Numbered from the stretch's first letter, positions 41,843 to 52,058 are shown. The stretch: 64,000 nt of DNA from an uncultured delta proteobacterium (GCA_963715335.1 CAVQRZ010000001.1:32001-96000), one strand, 5' to 3'. Numbers and translations: made by a program. The notes: generated by a model from the sequence alone, not told the origin.

Positions 41843-42574
41843 ATGATTGCCCTTCTAGCTGCCGTTGCCGAAGAAACTGCCCTGCTCAGAGACACCCTTG
41901 AGGGTTCCGCCCGGGAGGTTGTCCACGGCATGGTCATGCTGACCGGGCGGGTTCATGGTCAGGACGTCTGTCTGACCCATGGCGGCATTGGCAAGGCGGC
42001 CGCGGCCGCGGCCACGATTACCCTGTTGCACCATTGTCAGCCAGAGGCGCTCCTGCTGTTCGGCTGCGGTGGGGCCTACCAGAAGTCGGGCCTGGAGATC
42101 GGCGACCTGGCGCTCGCCAGCACCGAGATTTTTGGTGACGAAGGGATTGCCACAGCCCAAGGCTTCGAGGATCTTGCGGCCATGGGATTGGCCATGCGCC
42201 GGGATGACGAGATTTTTTTTAACTGCTGGCCAACCGACAGACCGCTCCGGGAACGGGCACAGTCCGTCCTTCAGGGCCTGGCGGAAAAACAGGGGATAAA
42301 GCTGGCAAAGGGGCCTTTCGTGACCGTCTCCACCTGCACGGGGACCACAACCAGGGCAATTGAGATCGAACGCCGTACCGGCGGGATCTGTGAAAACATG
42401 GAAGGGGCCGCCGTCGCCCTCGCCTGCCGGCAGTTCTCCGTCCCGCTCCTGGAGATACGCGGCATTTCGAACCTGGTGGAAACCCGCGACACCGGCCGCT
42501 GGGACCTGGCGGCCGGGATGACGGTTGCGCAGGAAGCTGTCATCCATATGCTCGAGAAATGGCCGGAACCATAG
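41843..42574 (+). CDS. mqnB: Futalosine hydrolase
   Basis: Nucleosidase fold GIGKA, TVSTCTGT, ENMEGAA, RGISN.V..RD..W; adjacent to mqnD. Confidence 0.92.
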   Translation: MIALLAAVAEETALLRDTLEGSAREVVHGMVMLTGRVHGQDVCLTHGGIGKAAAAAATITLLHHCQPEALLLFGCGGAYQKSGLEIGDLALASTEIFGDEGIATAQGFEDLAAMGLAMRRDDEIFFNCWPTDRPLRERAQSVLQGLAEKQGIKLAKGPFVTVSTCTGTTTRAIEIERRTGGICENMEGAAVALACRQFSVPLLEIRGISNLVETRDTGRWDLAAGMTVAQEAVIHMLEKWPEP

Positions 42575-42575
42575 G

Positions 42576-43409
42576 ATGAGAACCCTGAGCCTCGGCTACT
42601 CCCCCTGTCCAAATGACACCTACATCTTTTATGCCCTCACGCACGGCAGAATCGCTTCGCCCGGTTTTTCCGTGGCGACGCGACTGGAAGACGTAGAAAC
42701 CCTGAATCGGCTGGCCATGGATGGCCACCTCGACCTGACGAAAATTTCCTATCATGCCTTCGGCCACCTGCGCGACCGATATGTTTTGCTGCGCAGCGGC
42801 GGCGCCCTGGGTCGCGGCTGCGGGCCGCTGGTGATTGCACCGAGAGCGGTCGATATGCACAGACTGTGCGGCAGGCGCATTGCGGTTCCCGGCAAACTGA
42901 CGACGGCGAACCTGCTGTTGCAGCTTTATGGCGCCGGCTATGACGACCTGCTGGTGGTGCCGTTCGACCAGATCATGCCGGCGCTCAGGCGCGGTGAGGC
43001 CGACGCCGGGGTCATTATCCACGAATCCCGCTTCACCTATCGTCAAGCGGGCTTTCACGAGGTGCTTGATCTCGGCGCCTGGTGGGAAACAGACACCGGC
43101 CTGCCGATCCCCCTCGGCGGGATCCTCGCCCGGCGAGATCTCGGTAGCGCGACGATCCAGGCCGCCGAGCGGGCCATCCGGTCCAGCCTTGAATATGCCC
43201 GGCAGCATCCGCATGAGCCGCGCGACTACATCAGGGAACACGCCCAGGAGCTGGATGAACAGGTGATCGATGCACACATCAAGCTCTACGTGAATGATTT
43301 CTCTCTGGACCTTGGAGAGGAGGGCGTTGCTGCAGTGGAGACGCTGATGATCAGGGCGGAAGCGCGTGGGCTGGTACCGAAATGCAGTGACCCGCTGTTT
43401 ATCGAGTGA
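42576..43409 (+). CDS. mqnD: 1,4-dihydroxy-6-naphthoate synthase
   Basis: SPCPNDT, GALGRGCGPL, IIHESRFTY, PIPLG, HIKLYVN. Confidence 0.96.
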   Translation: MRTLSLGYSPCPNDTYIFYALTHGRIASPGFSVATRLEDVETLNRLAMDGHLDLTKISYHAFGHLRDRYVLLRSGGALGRGCGPLVIAPRAVDMHRLCGRRIAVPGKLTTANLLLQLYGAGYDDLLVVPFDQIMPALRRGEADAGVIIHESRFTYRQAGFHEVLDLGAWWETDTGLPIPLGGILARRDLGSATIQAAERAIRSSLEYARQHPHEPRDYIREHAQELDEQVIDAHIKLYVNDFSLDLGEEGVAAVETLMIRAEARGLVPKCSDPLFIE

Positions 43410-43439
43410 ACCGAACGGACATGATTTTGAGTAACCGAA

Positions 43440-44147
43440 GGGGAACAGATGGTTAATCTGTTGCCCTTGTCTATTGTTCTCTGGAATTCAAAGATAGAAT
43501 GGTTTTAAGTTCCGCACCTGCAGGTTACAAGATGTCTCATCGGTATGATTCTGCCACCCCATTTTGACAGCAGTACCGCGAGGCCCCCTGTAAAGGGCCG
43601 GTTCGTCTCCGCTGCTTTCCCTTAAAGCCATATCCCCTTCGCGAACGTCTATAGCCCTCTGCTAAGAGAAGGCACTTTTGCATACTTTTGTTGCCGGACA
43701 AAAGTATGGCGTCTGGCGGGACGCGACCCGCCGGTTCTGCTTTCCAGGGGTTGGAATTATCAAAGGAGATAAAAATCAAGAAAAGACCTGAATCTGGGGG
43801 TCGCGCCCCCCGACGGCGCCTTACTCTTTTACTGGCCTAAAAGAGTAAGCAGAAAAGGGCCTGCGCTGCGCTGGGCATGGACGTATGCATGATTTTCGTG
43901 GTTTCTGGCGGCTTATGTGCACGGGATCCGGCCCGTTGCAGGGGGCCTCACGAAACTGCTTTCTTGACCCGGTGGCCTATAATTGCATTGTGCTTGATAA
44001 ACCAACGTATACCTTTTTAGTTACAAACAAATTCAAAAGGATAGACACTGCTTCTGGGAGCCCTGCCACGCAGGGCAAGTCTTCGGATGACCTTTGTTCG
44101 CTCTTAAGAATAAAGCAAGAGGGCAACAGATTAACCATCTGTTGCCC
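43440..44147. repeat. Structured repeat, copy 3 (end modules rearranged tail-to-head)
   Basis: About 43666-43737 matches the right module of copy 1 and about 43796-43879 its left module; same terminal hairpins at 43440 and 44121. Confidence 0.8.
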
Positions 44148-44252
44148 TTGTCTATCGTGATGAACTTTTTCAGCAACCTGAAGAGGTGTGGATCATTGCC
44201 CCGCACCACTGCAGGCAGTTAAACTTCTACATCAAGCATCTCGTGCTGCGCA

Positions 44253-45845
44253 TCACAACTTCAAATGCACAGCCTTGACAAATCGTGCGCCGACCGCTTC
44301 ATTCAACCTTGCCACGATCGCATCATCGATCGGTGAGTCGACGGAAAGGACCACCATCGCCTCGCCCCCCTTACCCCGGCGGCCCAGATTCATGGCGCCA
44401 ATATTGACTTCGGCCTCACCCAGAATCGTGCCGATCCTGCCGATCAGGCCCGGACGGTCTTCGTAGGTCATCACCAGCATGTGTTCCTCGGGGGTGAAGT
44501 CGGTATCGAAATCACGCATTCTGACGATCTTCGGCGTCCCTTCGAACAGGGTCCCGGCGATCGTGCGTTTGCCTTGCGGCGTCTCCAGGCTCAGCGTGAT
44601 CAGGTTGGAGAAAAATTCAGATTCGGTAGATCGGCTCTGCTCGACAACCAGACCGCGGCGTTCTGCAATCAGGTTGGCGTTGACCATGTTGACTTCCTGG
44701 TCCGTGCAGCGGTTGAGCAGTGCGGCAAGACCTGCCACCGTGATCGGCATGCAGTCATAGGCCGCGAGTTTACCGGTGTAGTTGAATGACACCTTGCCAG
44801 GATTCTCCGGCGCCAGCTGCGAGATGAAGTCGCCCAACACTGCCGCGAGGGTCATGAAGGGGCGCATCTGGGCCATCAGGTCCGGATCGAAACGGGCGAT
44901 ATTCACGGCATTCTCCACCGGCTTGCCATCAAGAAGGTTGAGGATTTCACGGCTGACATCAACCGCCACATTGGTTTGGGCTTCAAAGGTGTTGGCGCCG
45001 AGGTGAGGTGTGACCACCATGCGAGGATGGCCAATCAGTTTTTTCAATGTCTCATTGTTGGGCGGCTCCTCACTCCAGACGTCGAAGGCTGCCCCGGCCA
45101 CCTTGCCACTCTCGAGCGCCTCGAGCATCGCCGTTTCACTGATAATGCCGCCCCTGGCGCAGTTGACGATCAGGACACCGTCTTTCATGCGGGAGAAATG
45201 CTCTGCGGTCACCAGGTCGCGGGTTTCGGCATTCAGAGGGGTATGTACTGAGATAACATCCGCCGAAGCGACAAGCTCTTCCAGAGACACCAGACGGGTA
45301 CCGAAATCGGTCGCCCGCTTTTCGCTGATGTAAGGGTCGTAAACGACGACCTCCATCTCAAACGCCCGGGCCCGCAGCGCCACGCGACCACCGACCTTGC
45401 CGAGGCCAACGATTCCCATGGTCCGGTGGCGAAGCTCATAACCGGTAAAAGGGGCTCTCTGCCATTGCCCGCTCTTCAGGCTGGCATTGGCATCCGGAAC
45501 GTTGCGGCACAGGGCCAGCAGTAAAGCCATGGAATGCTCTGCCGCCGAGTTGGTGTTGCCGAACGGCGCGTTGACGACGATGATACCGCGCTCGCTGGCC
45601 GCCGGCACATCGACATTGTCGATACCGACCCCGGCCCTGGCGATCATTTTCAGGTTTTTTGCGTGGTCCAGGAGCTCCGCATCAACCTGGGTGCCCGAAC
45701 GGGTGATGATGGCATCGTAGCCGCCAATGATCTGGTGGAGTTCGGCTTTACCCAGTCCAAGCCGCACATCCAAATCTATGCGCGGTTCGTTCTGCAGGAG
45801 TTCGAGGCCCATCTCGGAAATTTCGTCGGTAACAATGACTTTCAT
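44253..45845 (-). CDS. serA: D-3-phosphoglycerate dehydrogenase, long form with ACT domain
   Basis: RAGVGIDNVD, GLGKVG, NCARGG, TPHLGA, C-terminal DRPG.IG. Confidence 0.96.
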   Translation of the reverse strand: MKVIVTDEISEMGLELLQNEPRIDLDVRLGLGKAELHQIIGGYDAIITRSGTQVDAELLDHAKNLKMIARAGVGIDNVDVPAASERGIIVVNAPFGNTNSAAEHSMALLLALCRNVPDANASLKSGQWQRAPFTGYELRHRTMGIVGLGKVGGRVALRARAFEMEVVVYDPYISEKRATDFGTRLVSLEELVASADVISVHTPLNAETRDLVTAEHFSRMKDGVLIVNCARGGIISETAMLEALESGKVAGAAFDVWSEEPPNNETLKKLIGHPRMVVTPHLGANTFEAQTNVAVDVSREILNLLDGKPVENAVNIARFDPDLMAQMRPFMTLAAVLGDFISQLAPENPGKVSFNYTGKLAAYDCMPITVAGLAALLNRCTDQEVNMVNANLIAERRGLVVEQSRSTESEFFSNLITLSLETPQGKRTIAGTLFEGTPKIVRMRDFDTDFTPEEHMLVMTYEDRPGLIGRIGTILGEAEVNIGAMNLGRRGKGGEAMVVLSVDSPIDDAIVARLNEAVGARFVKAVHLKL

Positions 45846-45958
45846 AAGCTGGATATCCTTCTTGGGAATTAGATCTTAACCTTTTAACACCCGGCTGCAA
45901 AGGGCGCAGAGGGAATAAAATTATGTCGGGTGTTCTGCGTAAACTCCGTACCGATACC

Positions 45959-46441
45959 TTACCCGCCGGCCTTGCTATGTTTTTCGAGGGCCTGCGCATT
46001 GATCTTTATGCAAAGACATTCACCGCTGGCGTAAAGCGTACCATCCAGGCTGCAGACGTCGCCATGGACCATAACCTTGCGGCCCTGCACGGAAACGATG
46101 CGCGTCGTCACCTGCACCACGGTTTTGATCGGCAGCAGATTGCGGAAGTTGACGTTCAGGTTGCCGACCACGACCTGATGTCCTGCCGCCCAGGCGGCCA
46201 AACCGAGAACTTCATCAAGGACTGCAGCGATACTGCCGCCGTGAGCGTGCGCGGGAGGACCCTCGGTGACCGGACCGAACCAGACCCGTGCGACCAGATG
46301 GCTCTCCCGGTCACGGAAGTATTTGATCCGGAAACGATTGCCGGTCTGGTCTCCCGAGACGAATCGCAGGGTTTCTCCAACCAGGGCAGGCGCATCGAAC
46401 AGCTCCCAGTCGGGTTCTCCATTGAGTTCCTGATCAGTCAC
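45959..46441 (-). CDS. PaaI-family hotdog thioesterase
   Basis: EGPP.HAHGG.IAAVLDE. Confidence 0.88.
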   Translation of the reverse strand: MTDQELNGEPDWELFDAPALVGETLRFVSGDQTGNRFRIKYFRDRESHLVARVWFGPVTEGPPAHAHGGSIAAVLDEVLGLAAWAAGHQVVVGNLNVNFRNLLPIKTVVQVTTRIVSVQGRKVMVHGDVCSLDGTLYASGECLCIKINAQALEKHSKAGG

Positions 46442-46461
46442 GCCAGTCTCCTAATGAAAAA

Positions 46462-46525
46462 GGGACACCCCCTCTGGAAGTGTCCCCATGCATTTCCAGG
46501 GGACACTTTTCTGTAAAAGTGTCCC
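46462..46525. repeat. Two tandem GGGACAC..GTGTCCC palindromes (REP-like)
   Basis: Hairpins at 46462-46486 and 46499-46525, right after the serC stop. Confidence 0.6.
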
Positions 46526-46532
46526 TTAGCTA

Positions 46533-47621
46533 TCAACCGTTTTTCCTCTCGAACTCCTTCATGAACCCGGCCAGGATCTCAACACCGGCCAGCGGCATGG
46601 CGTTGTAGATCGAAGCGCGGATGCCACCGACGCTGCGATGCCCTTGCAGGGCATAGAGGCCGAGGGCGCCGGCTTCCTTGAGGAACTTCTCCTCCAGCTC
46701 AGGGGTTGCCAGGTTAAAGCTCACGTTCATGGTCCCACGGCATTCGGGCAATATCACGCCACGGTAATAGTCGCCGCCATCGATCAGATCATAAAGGATT
46801 TTGGCCTTCTGTTCGTTGACTTTTTCAATCGCTGCGACGCCACCCTGCTCCTGCAGCCATTCCAGGACCAGGCCAGTTACATAGATGGCAAAAGTGTTGG
46901 CCGTGTTGGTCAGTGAATTGTCGGCAGCACAAACCTTGTAGTTGAGCAGGGTCGGAGTCTGCGCGGAAGCGTATTCGAGCAGGTCTTCACGGATCACCAC
47001 GATAGCGGTTCCGGAGGGCCCGAGGTTCTTCTGCAAACCGGCGTAGACACAGCCGAACTGGCTAAAGTCCAGGACCCTCGAGAGCATTTCAGAGGTCTGG
47101 TCAACGATCAGTGGCACGCTCCCGGTCTCAGGGAAAGTCTGCCAGCGTGATCCGTACAGGGTGTTGTTGCCGGTCACATGCAGGTATGCAGCGTCCTGGT
47201 CGACCATCTCGGGGGTAACCGCCGGAATGCGATCGTAGTTGGTTTGGGCGCTGCTGGCAATCACACGAATGTCACCGAATGGCTTGGCATCCTTGTGGGC
47301 CAGCTTGGCAAAGTTTCCGCTCTCGACATACAGGCATTTCTTGCTCGGGGAACGATCGGCCAGGTTGAGCGGCAGCGCGGCAAACTGCATACGCGCCCCA
47401 CCGTGGACGAAGAGGATCTTGTAATTGTCCGGCAGGTTGGTCAGTTGCCGAAAACGGTTCTGGGCATCGACCAGGACTTTTTCGAACTGCTTGGCACGAT
47501 GGCTGACTTCGATGACCGAAACACCGAGCCCCTGGAAATCGAACCATTCCTTCTGAACCCGTTCCATGACCGGGACTGGCAGCATCGCCGGACCGGCCCC
47601 GAAATTATAAACCTGGGACAT
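46533..47621 (-). CDS. serC: Phosphoserine aminotransferase
   Basis: YNFGAGPAMLP, E.SHR, QKNLGPSG, GHRSVGGIRASIYNA. Confidence 0.97.
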   Translation of the reverse strand: MSQVYNFGAGPAMLPVPVMERVQKEWFDFQGLGVSVIEVSHRAKQFEKVLVDAQNRFRQLTNLPDNYKILFVHGGARMQFAALPLNLADRSPSKKCLYVESGNFAKLAHKDAKPFGDIRVIASSAQTNYDRIPAVTPEMVDQDAAYLHVTGNNTLYGSRWQTFPETGSVPLIVDQTSEMLSRVLDFSQFGCVYAGLQKNLGPSGTAIVVIREDLLEYASAQTPTLLNYKVCAADNSLTNTANTFAIYVTGLVLEWLQEQGGVAAIEKVNEQKAKILYDLIDGGDYYRGVILPECRGTMNVSFNLATPELEEKFLKEAGALGLYALQGHRSVGGIRASIYNAMPLAGVEILAGFMKEFERKNG

Positions 47622-47690
47622 CGTCTCCTCCTGTTGTCCTTACATTGATATGTAGAAACTGTTCAGCACTATGCTGTTTGAATTGCCAGG

Positions 47691-47745
47691 GAATCCAGGA
47701 CCAAGAATTCAGAATTCTGGATACTGAATTCTGAATACTGGATAC
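47691..47745. repeat. Heptamer (ATTCTGA-type) repeats
   Basis: agaattcagaattctggatactgaattctgaatactggatac. Confidence 0.8.
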
Positions 47746-47748
47746 CCG

Positions 47749-48918
47749 TTAAAGGGTCCGCACCTTGATGACTCCATCAATATCTTCGAGGGCCTGGATC
47801 AGTTCAGGGGTCGGCTCCTGCTCGATATCGATAATATTGTACGCAGCGTCGCTGCGGCTCTTGTTGATCATGTCGATCACGTTAATGTTGCGGTCGGCCA
47901 GAATCGAGAGAACCTGGTTAAGCATTTTCGGCACGTTCCGGTTAGAGAAGGCAAGCCGGAAGCCGCCATTGCGTTCAAGGGCGATGTTGGGGAAATTAAC
48001 CGAATTCCTGATGTTGCCATTCTCCAGGAAATCGATCAGCTGGTCGGCAACCATGATGGCACAGTTTTCCTCAGCCTCTTCGGTGCTGGCGCCAAGATGC
48101 GGAATCGCAACCACTTTATCGTGGCCCATCAACTCCACAACCGGGAAATCGGTGATGTACTTGCCGATCTTGCCATTGTCCAGGCCCATCAGAATAGCCT
48201 CTGTGTCAACGACTTTTTCCCGTGAGAGATTGATCAGGGTCGCACCCCGGCGGAAGCTGTCGATAAGGTCTTTGTTGACCAAATTGCGGGTGGCTTCAAG
48301 GACAGGCAGATGCAATGTCACAATGTCCGCCTTGGACAACAAGGACTGCATGTTTTCCATGCGCTGAACATCGCGCGACAGTCGCCAGGCCGCCTCGACC
48401 GAGAGGGCCGGGTCGTAGCCAAGCACTTTCATGCCGAGCATCAGACCGGTTTCGGCAACCAGGGAGCCGATGGCGCCAAGGCCGACGACGCCGAGGACCT
48501 TGCCTTTCAGTTCGGTCCCGCCATAGGTCTTCTTGCCACCTTCGACCAGCTTGTGCAGCTCTTCGGCAGTTTTGCCAGGCCCCTCCTTGCGGACGAACTC
48601 TATTGCGCCGACAATATCACGCGTCGAGAGCAACATGGCCGCAAGTGCGAGTTCCTTGACCGCGTTGGCATTGGCCCCCGGCGCATTGAACACCACGATG
48701 CCGCGCTCGGTGCAGTTATCAACCGGAATATTGTTGACCCCGGCGCCGGCTCGGCCGATCGCCTTGACGGAGGTCTCAATGTCCTGCGCCTGCAGCACGT
48801 GGCTGCGCAGCATAATCGCATCGGGGGTGCCGATCTCGCTGGCAATTTCATATTTGTCGAGAGAAAACTTCTCCAGACCTTTGACGGAAATCTTGTTATA
48901 AGTACGAACCTTGTTCAT
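47749..48918 (-). CDS. serA: Second phosphoglycerate dehydrogenase, short form with ACT domain
   Basis: RAGAGVNNIP, PGANANAVKEL, GLGAIG, PHLGAST.EAE.NCA; start at ATG 48918. Confidence 0.9.
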   Translation of the reverse strand: MNKVRTYNKISVKGLEKFSLDKYEIASEIGTPDAIMLRSHVLQAQDIETSVKAIGRAGAGVNNIPVDNCTERGIVVFNAPGANANAVKELALAAMLLSTRDIVGAIEFVRKEGPGKTAEELHKLVEGGKKTYGGTELKGKVLGVVGLGAIGSLVAETGLMLGMKVLGYDPALSVEAAWRLSRDVQRMENMQSLLSKADIVTLHLPVLEATRNLVNKDLIDSFRRGATLINLSREKVVDTEAILMGLDNGKIGKYITDFPVVELMGHDKVVAIPHLGASTEEAEENCAIMVADQLIDFLENGNIRNSVNFPNIALERNGGFRLAFSNRNVPKMLNQVLSILADRNINVIDMINKSRSDAAYNIIDIEQEPTPELIQALEDIDGVIKVRTL

Positions 48919-49069
48919 CACGGGCTCCAGCAAAACATGAATGGTTAAAAAGAAAACGCCGCCCCACCCACAAGGGTTGTCATGGTCGGCGATTTCTGCT
49001 TTCAGCAGGTTGTGCAAAAGCCTACCGGAAGGCCGTTTTTACACCTTTTCCGGCAGGTTGTCAATGGGC

Positions 49070-50407
49070 TCAGCGGGTAATCCTGCGCGCCTCCAGGTAG
49101 AAGCGTTTTTCATCCGCTTCGCCCATGGAGAAAGTCTTCCGGGGCAGGGCTCCGTCACGCACAATCGTGCGGAATAGATCGTGCTTCGAAATGGACGGCA
49201 GGTAGAAACCGATGTTGCCCTTCTGGCCGCCGAGACGGGTGACCGCATCGTCGCCATGAATGTAATCAATGCGCGCCTGCGGGTTGCCCTTCAGGTAATC
49301 ATCGAGGAAGTTCTGCAGGGTTGCAACCTCGAGGGTCAACGACGGTTGATCGACCCGCAGGAGAGCAAAACCGTCCGCCGTGACAAAGGCAATCGCGTGG
49401 GCCGCACCGGCCGCCTCGGCGGCGGCGGTCGCCTCATCAAGACCGGGGTATTTCTCCACGGCGCAGGGAGTTCCGGCCTTCAGGTAATACTGGTCAGCCT
49501 TTTCAAGCAGATCATCGACACTCACATTAAACACGACCCGGTGGATTGCTTCGAACTCAAGGCCCGGGTCATGCACATTGACCAGTTCGACCAGCGCATA
49601 GCGGGCCGGGTGGTCCATGACCTCTGCCGGATCTGCCGCAGCGGACTTGAGCTGCTCCCAGATCGCCTTTGCCGTCGCAAAGCTGTGGTTGCCGTCGCCC
49701 ATTGCATAGAGCATCACCTCGTCATCTTCAACCTCATAGCGTTGCTGGAAACGCTCTTTCTCGGCAAGAGCGGCCAGGGCGCTGGCCACCTGACCCAGCA
49801 GCGCCGGCTGATCAACCTTCCAACCCCGGAGGGCCCCGCTACCCTGCATCAGTTCAAAGTCGTACACCTTCTCCAGGGCTTCCTCAAACAACGGCTCGAT
49901 GACTGTCTGCTCCGGATCATCGATCAGCACCATGATGTGCGGCAGTTCAATGGCGGCGTTTTCGCGCACACGTATCCGCGGCGGCAGCCGGTCGACGATC
50001 GTCCCTTCGGTAGCCCGGATCAGCGTTTTGGTGCCAGGCCGGTAATCGTAGGCTTCGAGGTCGAGCGCTACGATCAGTCCCTTGCGTGAAGCGACGTGAC
50101 CGGTTTTGCGATCGAGCAGGACGAACCCCCGGTCCTGGGCAACCAGGACACCGTCTGCAACATATTGATTCATGCTGGCGTTGATCCTGGCAATCCGCGC
50201 ATCACCGTCGTCGTCCTCCAGGTAAACTTCAGGGAAAATCAGGCGCAGGGTTGACGGTTGATCGGCAACCAGCCGGTCGACGTCTGCCCAGTATTCCGGC
50301 TCCGAAGTATACTGATCGCAGGCAATCACAGCCCAGCGATGCAGGTCAACGTCCCGCCCGGGCAAGAGGATCTCCGGGACTTCCATGGCAAGTTTCGCAA
50401 AGTTCAT
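49070..50407 (-). CDS. DUF1015 family protein
   Basis: WAVIACDQYTS, RATEGT..RLPPR, GDGNHS.ATAK, LPRKTFSMG. Confidence 0.88.
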   Translation of the reverse strand: MNFAKLAMEVPEILLPGRDVDLHRWAVIACDQYTSEPEYWADVDRLVADQPSTLRLIFPEVYLEDDDGDARIARINASMNQYVADGVLVAQDRGFVLLDRKTGHVASRKGLIVALDLEAYDYRPGTKTLIRATEGTIVDRLPPRIRVRENAAIELPHIMVLIDDPEQTVIEPLFEEALEKVYDFELMQGSGALRGWKVDQPALLGQVASALAALAEKERFQQRYEVEDDEVMLYAMGDGNHSFATAKAIWEQLKSAAADPAEVMDHPARYALVELVNVHDPGLEFEAIHRVVFNVSVDDLLEKADQYYLKAGTPCAVEKYPGLDEATAAAEAAGAAHAIAFVTADGFALLRVDQPSLTLEVATLQNFLDDYLKGNPQARIDYIHGDDAVTRLGGQKGNIGFYLPSISKHDLFRTIVRDGALPRKTFSMGEADEKRFYLEARRITR

Positions 50408-50452
50408 GATCGTTTTCCCTGTACGGTGAAAGATATCGGTCCGAACCGAAAG

Positions 50453-50722
50453 TTATTTGACAATCCTCAGATGTGACGGACCGGGGCCGTCGCCATCAGG
50501 CTTGTCGGGCGGGTCCTCTTCGGCGGCATCACGCAGAACGGCCATGGTCGGCAACGCGCTCGTGGCAACCATCTGTTGAATACCCTTCGCCACGGCCAGG
50601 CATTGTTTCGTACAAACCTTGCGCACCGGGCACATGGTGCAGTCGGCTTCTCCACCAGCGGCGCGCAAAGCATGAATCACCAGGTCGACACTTTCAATCT
50701 GGTTTAGGGGAATCAGAAACAT
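50453..50722 (-). CDS. Small Cys-cluster hypothetical protein
   Basis: CxxCx5Cx3C (CTMCPVRKVCTKQC); AGGAG RBS. Confidence 0.7.
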   Translation of the reverse strand: MFLIPLNQIESVDLVIHALRAAGGEADCTMCPVRKVCTKQCLAVAKGIQQMVATSALPTMAVLRDAAEEDPPDKPDGDGPGPSHLRIVK

Positions 50723-50739
50723 CTCCACTCCTACTAATT

Positions 50740-50836
50740 AACGCAAAGACGCAGAGTCGCTGAGGAGAATCCCTAAAGCAAAGTCATTTTTCCCCAAAAT
50801 AAGGTTTTTACTCTGCATTCTTTGCGGCTCTGCGAT
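50740..50836. repeat. Octamer (CGCAAAG/CGCAGAG) repeat with inverted arm
   Basis: aacgcaaagacgcagagtcgctgag ... ctttgcggctctgcg. Confidence 0.6.
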
Positions 50837-50950
50837 AAAAATCTTCTTTTTGGTTATAGCCCCGAAAATAAATACTTATGGGTTCTCTTTGTGTGATTGC
50901 GTTTTAAATGTTTTTTCGCGCTACTCGTCCCGCGCCACGCGTCCCTTGTC

Positions 50951-51970
50951 CTAAAGTTTTTTCCCCGCCACTTTCGCAAACTCGGCGAGCTTTACCATCA
51001 TTGCCTGGAACTCGGCAGGGCGCAACGATTGCGGGCCATCACTTGCTGCGGTCTCCGGATGGGGGTGGACTTCGACGATCAGACCGTCGCAACCTGCAGC
51101 CACGGAGGCGTAGCACATACTCGGCACCAGAGAAGCGTGACCGGTCGCATGCGAAGGATCGATAATAATCGGCAAGTGGGTCTGCTCTTGCAGAACCGGA
51201 ATTGCAGAGATATCGAGTGTGTTACGGGTCGCTGTTTCAAAGGTACGGATACCGCGTTCGCAGAGGATCACCCGCTGGTTCCCTTCGGAGAGAATATACT
51301 CTGCACTCATGAGGAATTCCTGGATGGTCGTTGCCATCCCTCTTTTGAGCAAAATCGGCTTGTCGAGTTTACCCAACATTTTGAGCAAGGCAAAGTTCTG
51401 GGTGTTACGCGCCCCGACCTGCATCACATCAGCATACTTTGCAACCAGATCGACATCACGAGGGTTCACAACCTCGGTGACGATCGGCAACCCGGTCTCA
51501 GCGCGAGCCATAGCCAGCAACCTGAGCCCATCTTCCTCCATCCCCTGAAAAGAGTAGGGACTGGAGCGGGGCTTGAATGCGCCACCGCGCAGGACCGTGG
51601 CTCCGGCGGCCTTGACGGCACGGGCCGTTTCAAGGATCTGTGCCTCGCTCTCCACCGAACAGGGTCCGGCCATGACAATAAGCTGATCACCACCGACCGC
51701 TATGCCGGGAGCGATTTCAACAACTGTTCGCTCCAGTTTGACTTCCTTGCTTGCCAATTTGTAGGGCTTGAGGATCGGCACCACGTTTTCCACGCCTGGC
51801 ATTGATTCGATTGACTGCAGGACCGACTTGCCTCGCTCATCGCCAACAGCGCCAATCACGTTGCGGGTCTCGCCGTGGATAACGTGGGGCTTGTAACCCA
51901 GATCCTTGATGCGCTGTTTGACGTCGGCCAGCTGGTTTTTACTGGCGCCTTTTTTCATAACAATAATCAT
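50951..51970 (-). CDS. aroF: 3-deoxy-7-phosphoheptulonate (DAHP) synthase, type I-beta with N-terminal regulatory domain
   Basis: [41 protein letters not shown]. Confidence 0.96.
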   Translation of the reverse strand: MIIVMKKGASKNQLADVKQRIKDLGYKPHVIHGETRNVIGAVGDERGKSVLQSIESMPGVENVVPILKPYKLASKEVKLERTVVEIAPGIAVGGDQLIVMAGPCSVESEAQILETARAVKAAGATVLRGGAFKPRSSPYSFQGMEEDGLRLLAMARAETGLPIVTEVVNPRDVDLVAKYADVMQVGARNTQNFALLKMLGKLDKPILLKRGMATTIQEFLMSAEYILSEGNQRVILCERGIRTFETATRNTLDISAIPVLQEQTHLPIIIDPSHATGHASLVPSMCYASVAAGCDGLIVEVHPHPETAASDGPQSLRPAEFQAMMVKLAEFAKVAGKKL

Positions 51971-52058
51971 TGGTCTGCTCCTTCGGGAAAGTTCAGGTCA
52001 TACGGTAAAGGCCGACAGGGTTTACCCGGCGGCCTTCATCGTTTACTTCCCCGAAACG

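Noticed and set aside
48919..49065. Serine leader peptide or riboswitch before the short serA
   Set aside because: A TTGACA promoter and an imperfect U-tailed hairpin exist, but there is no Ser-rich uORF or recognisable aptamer
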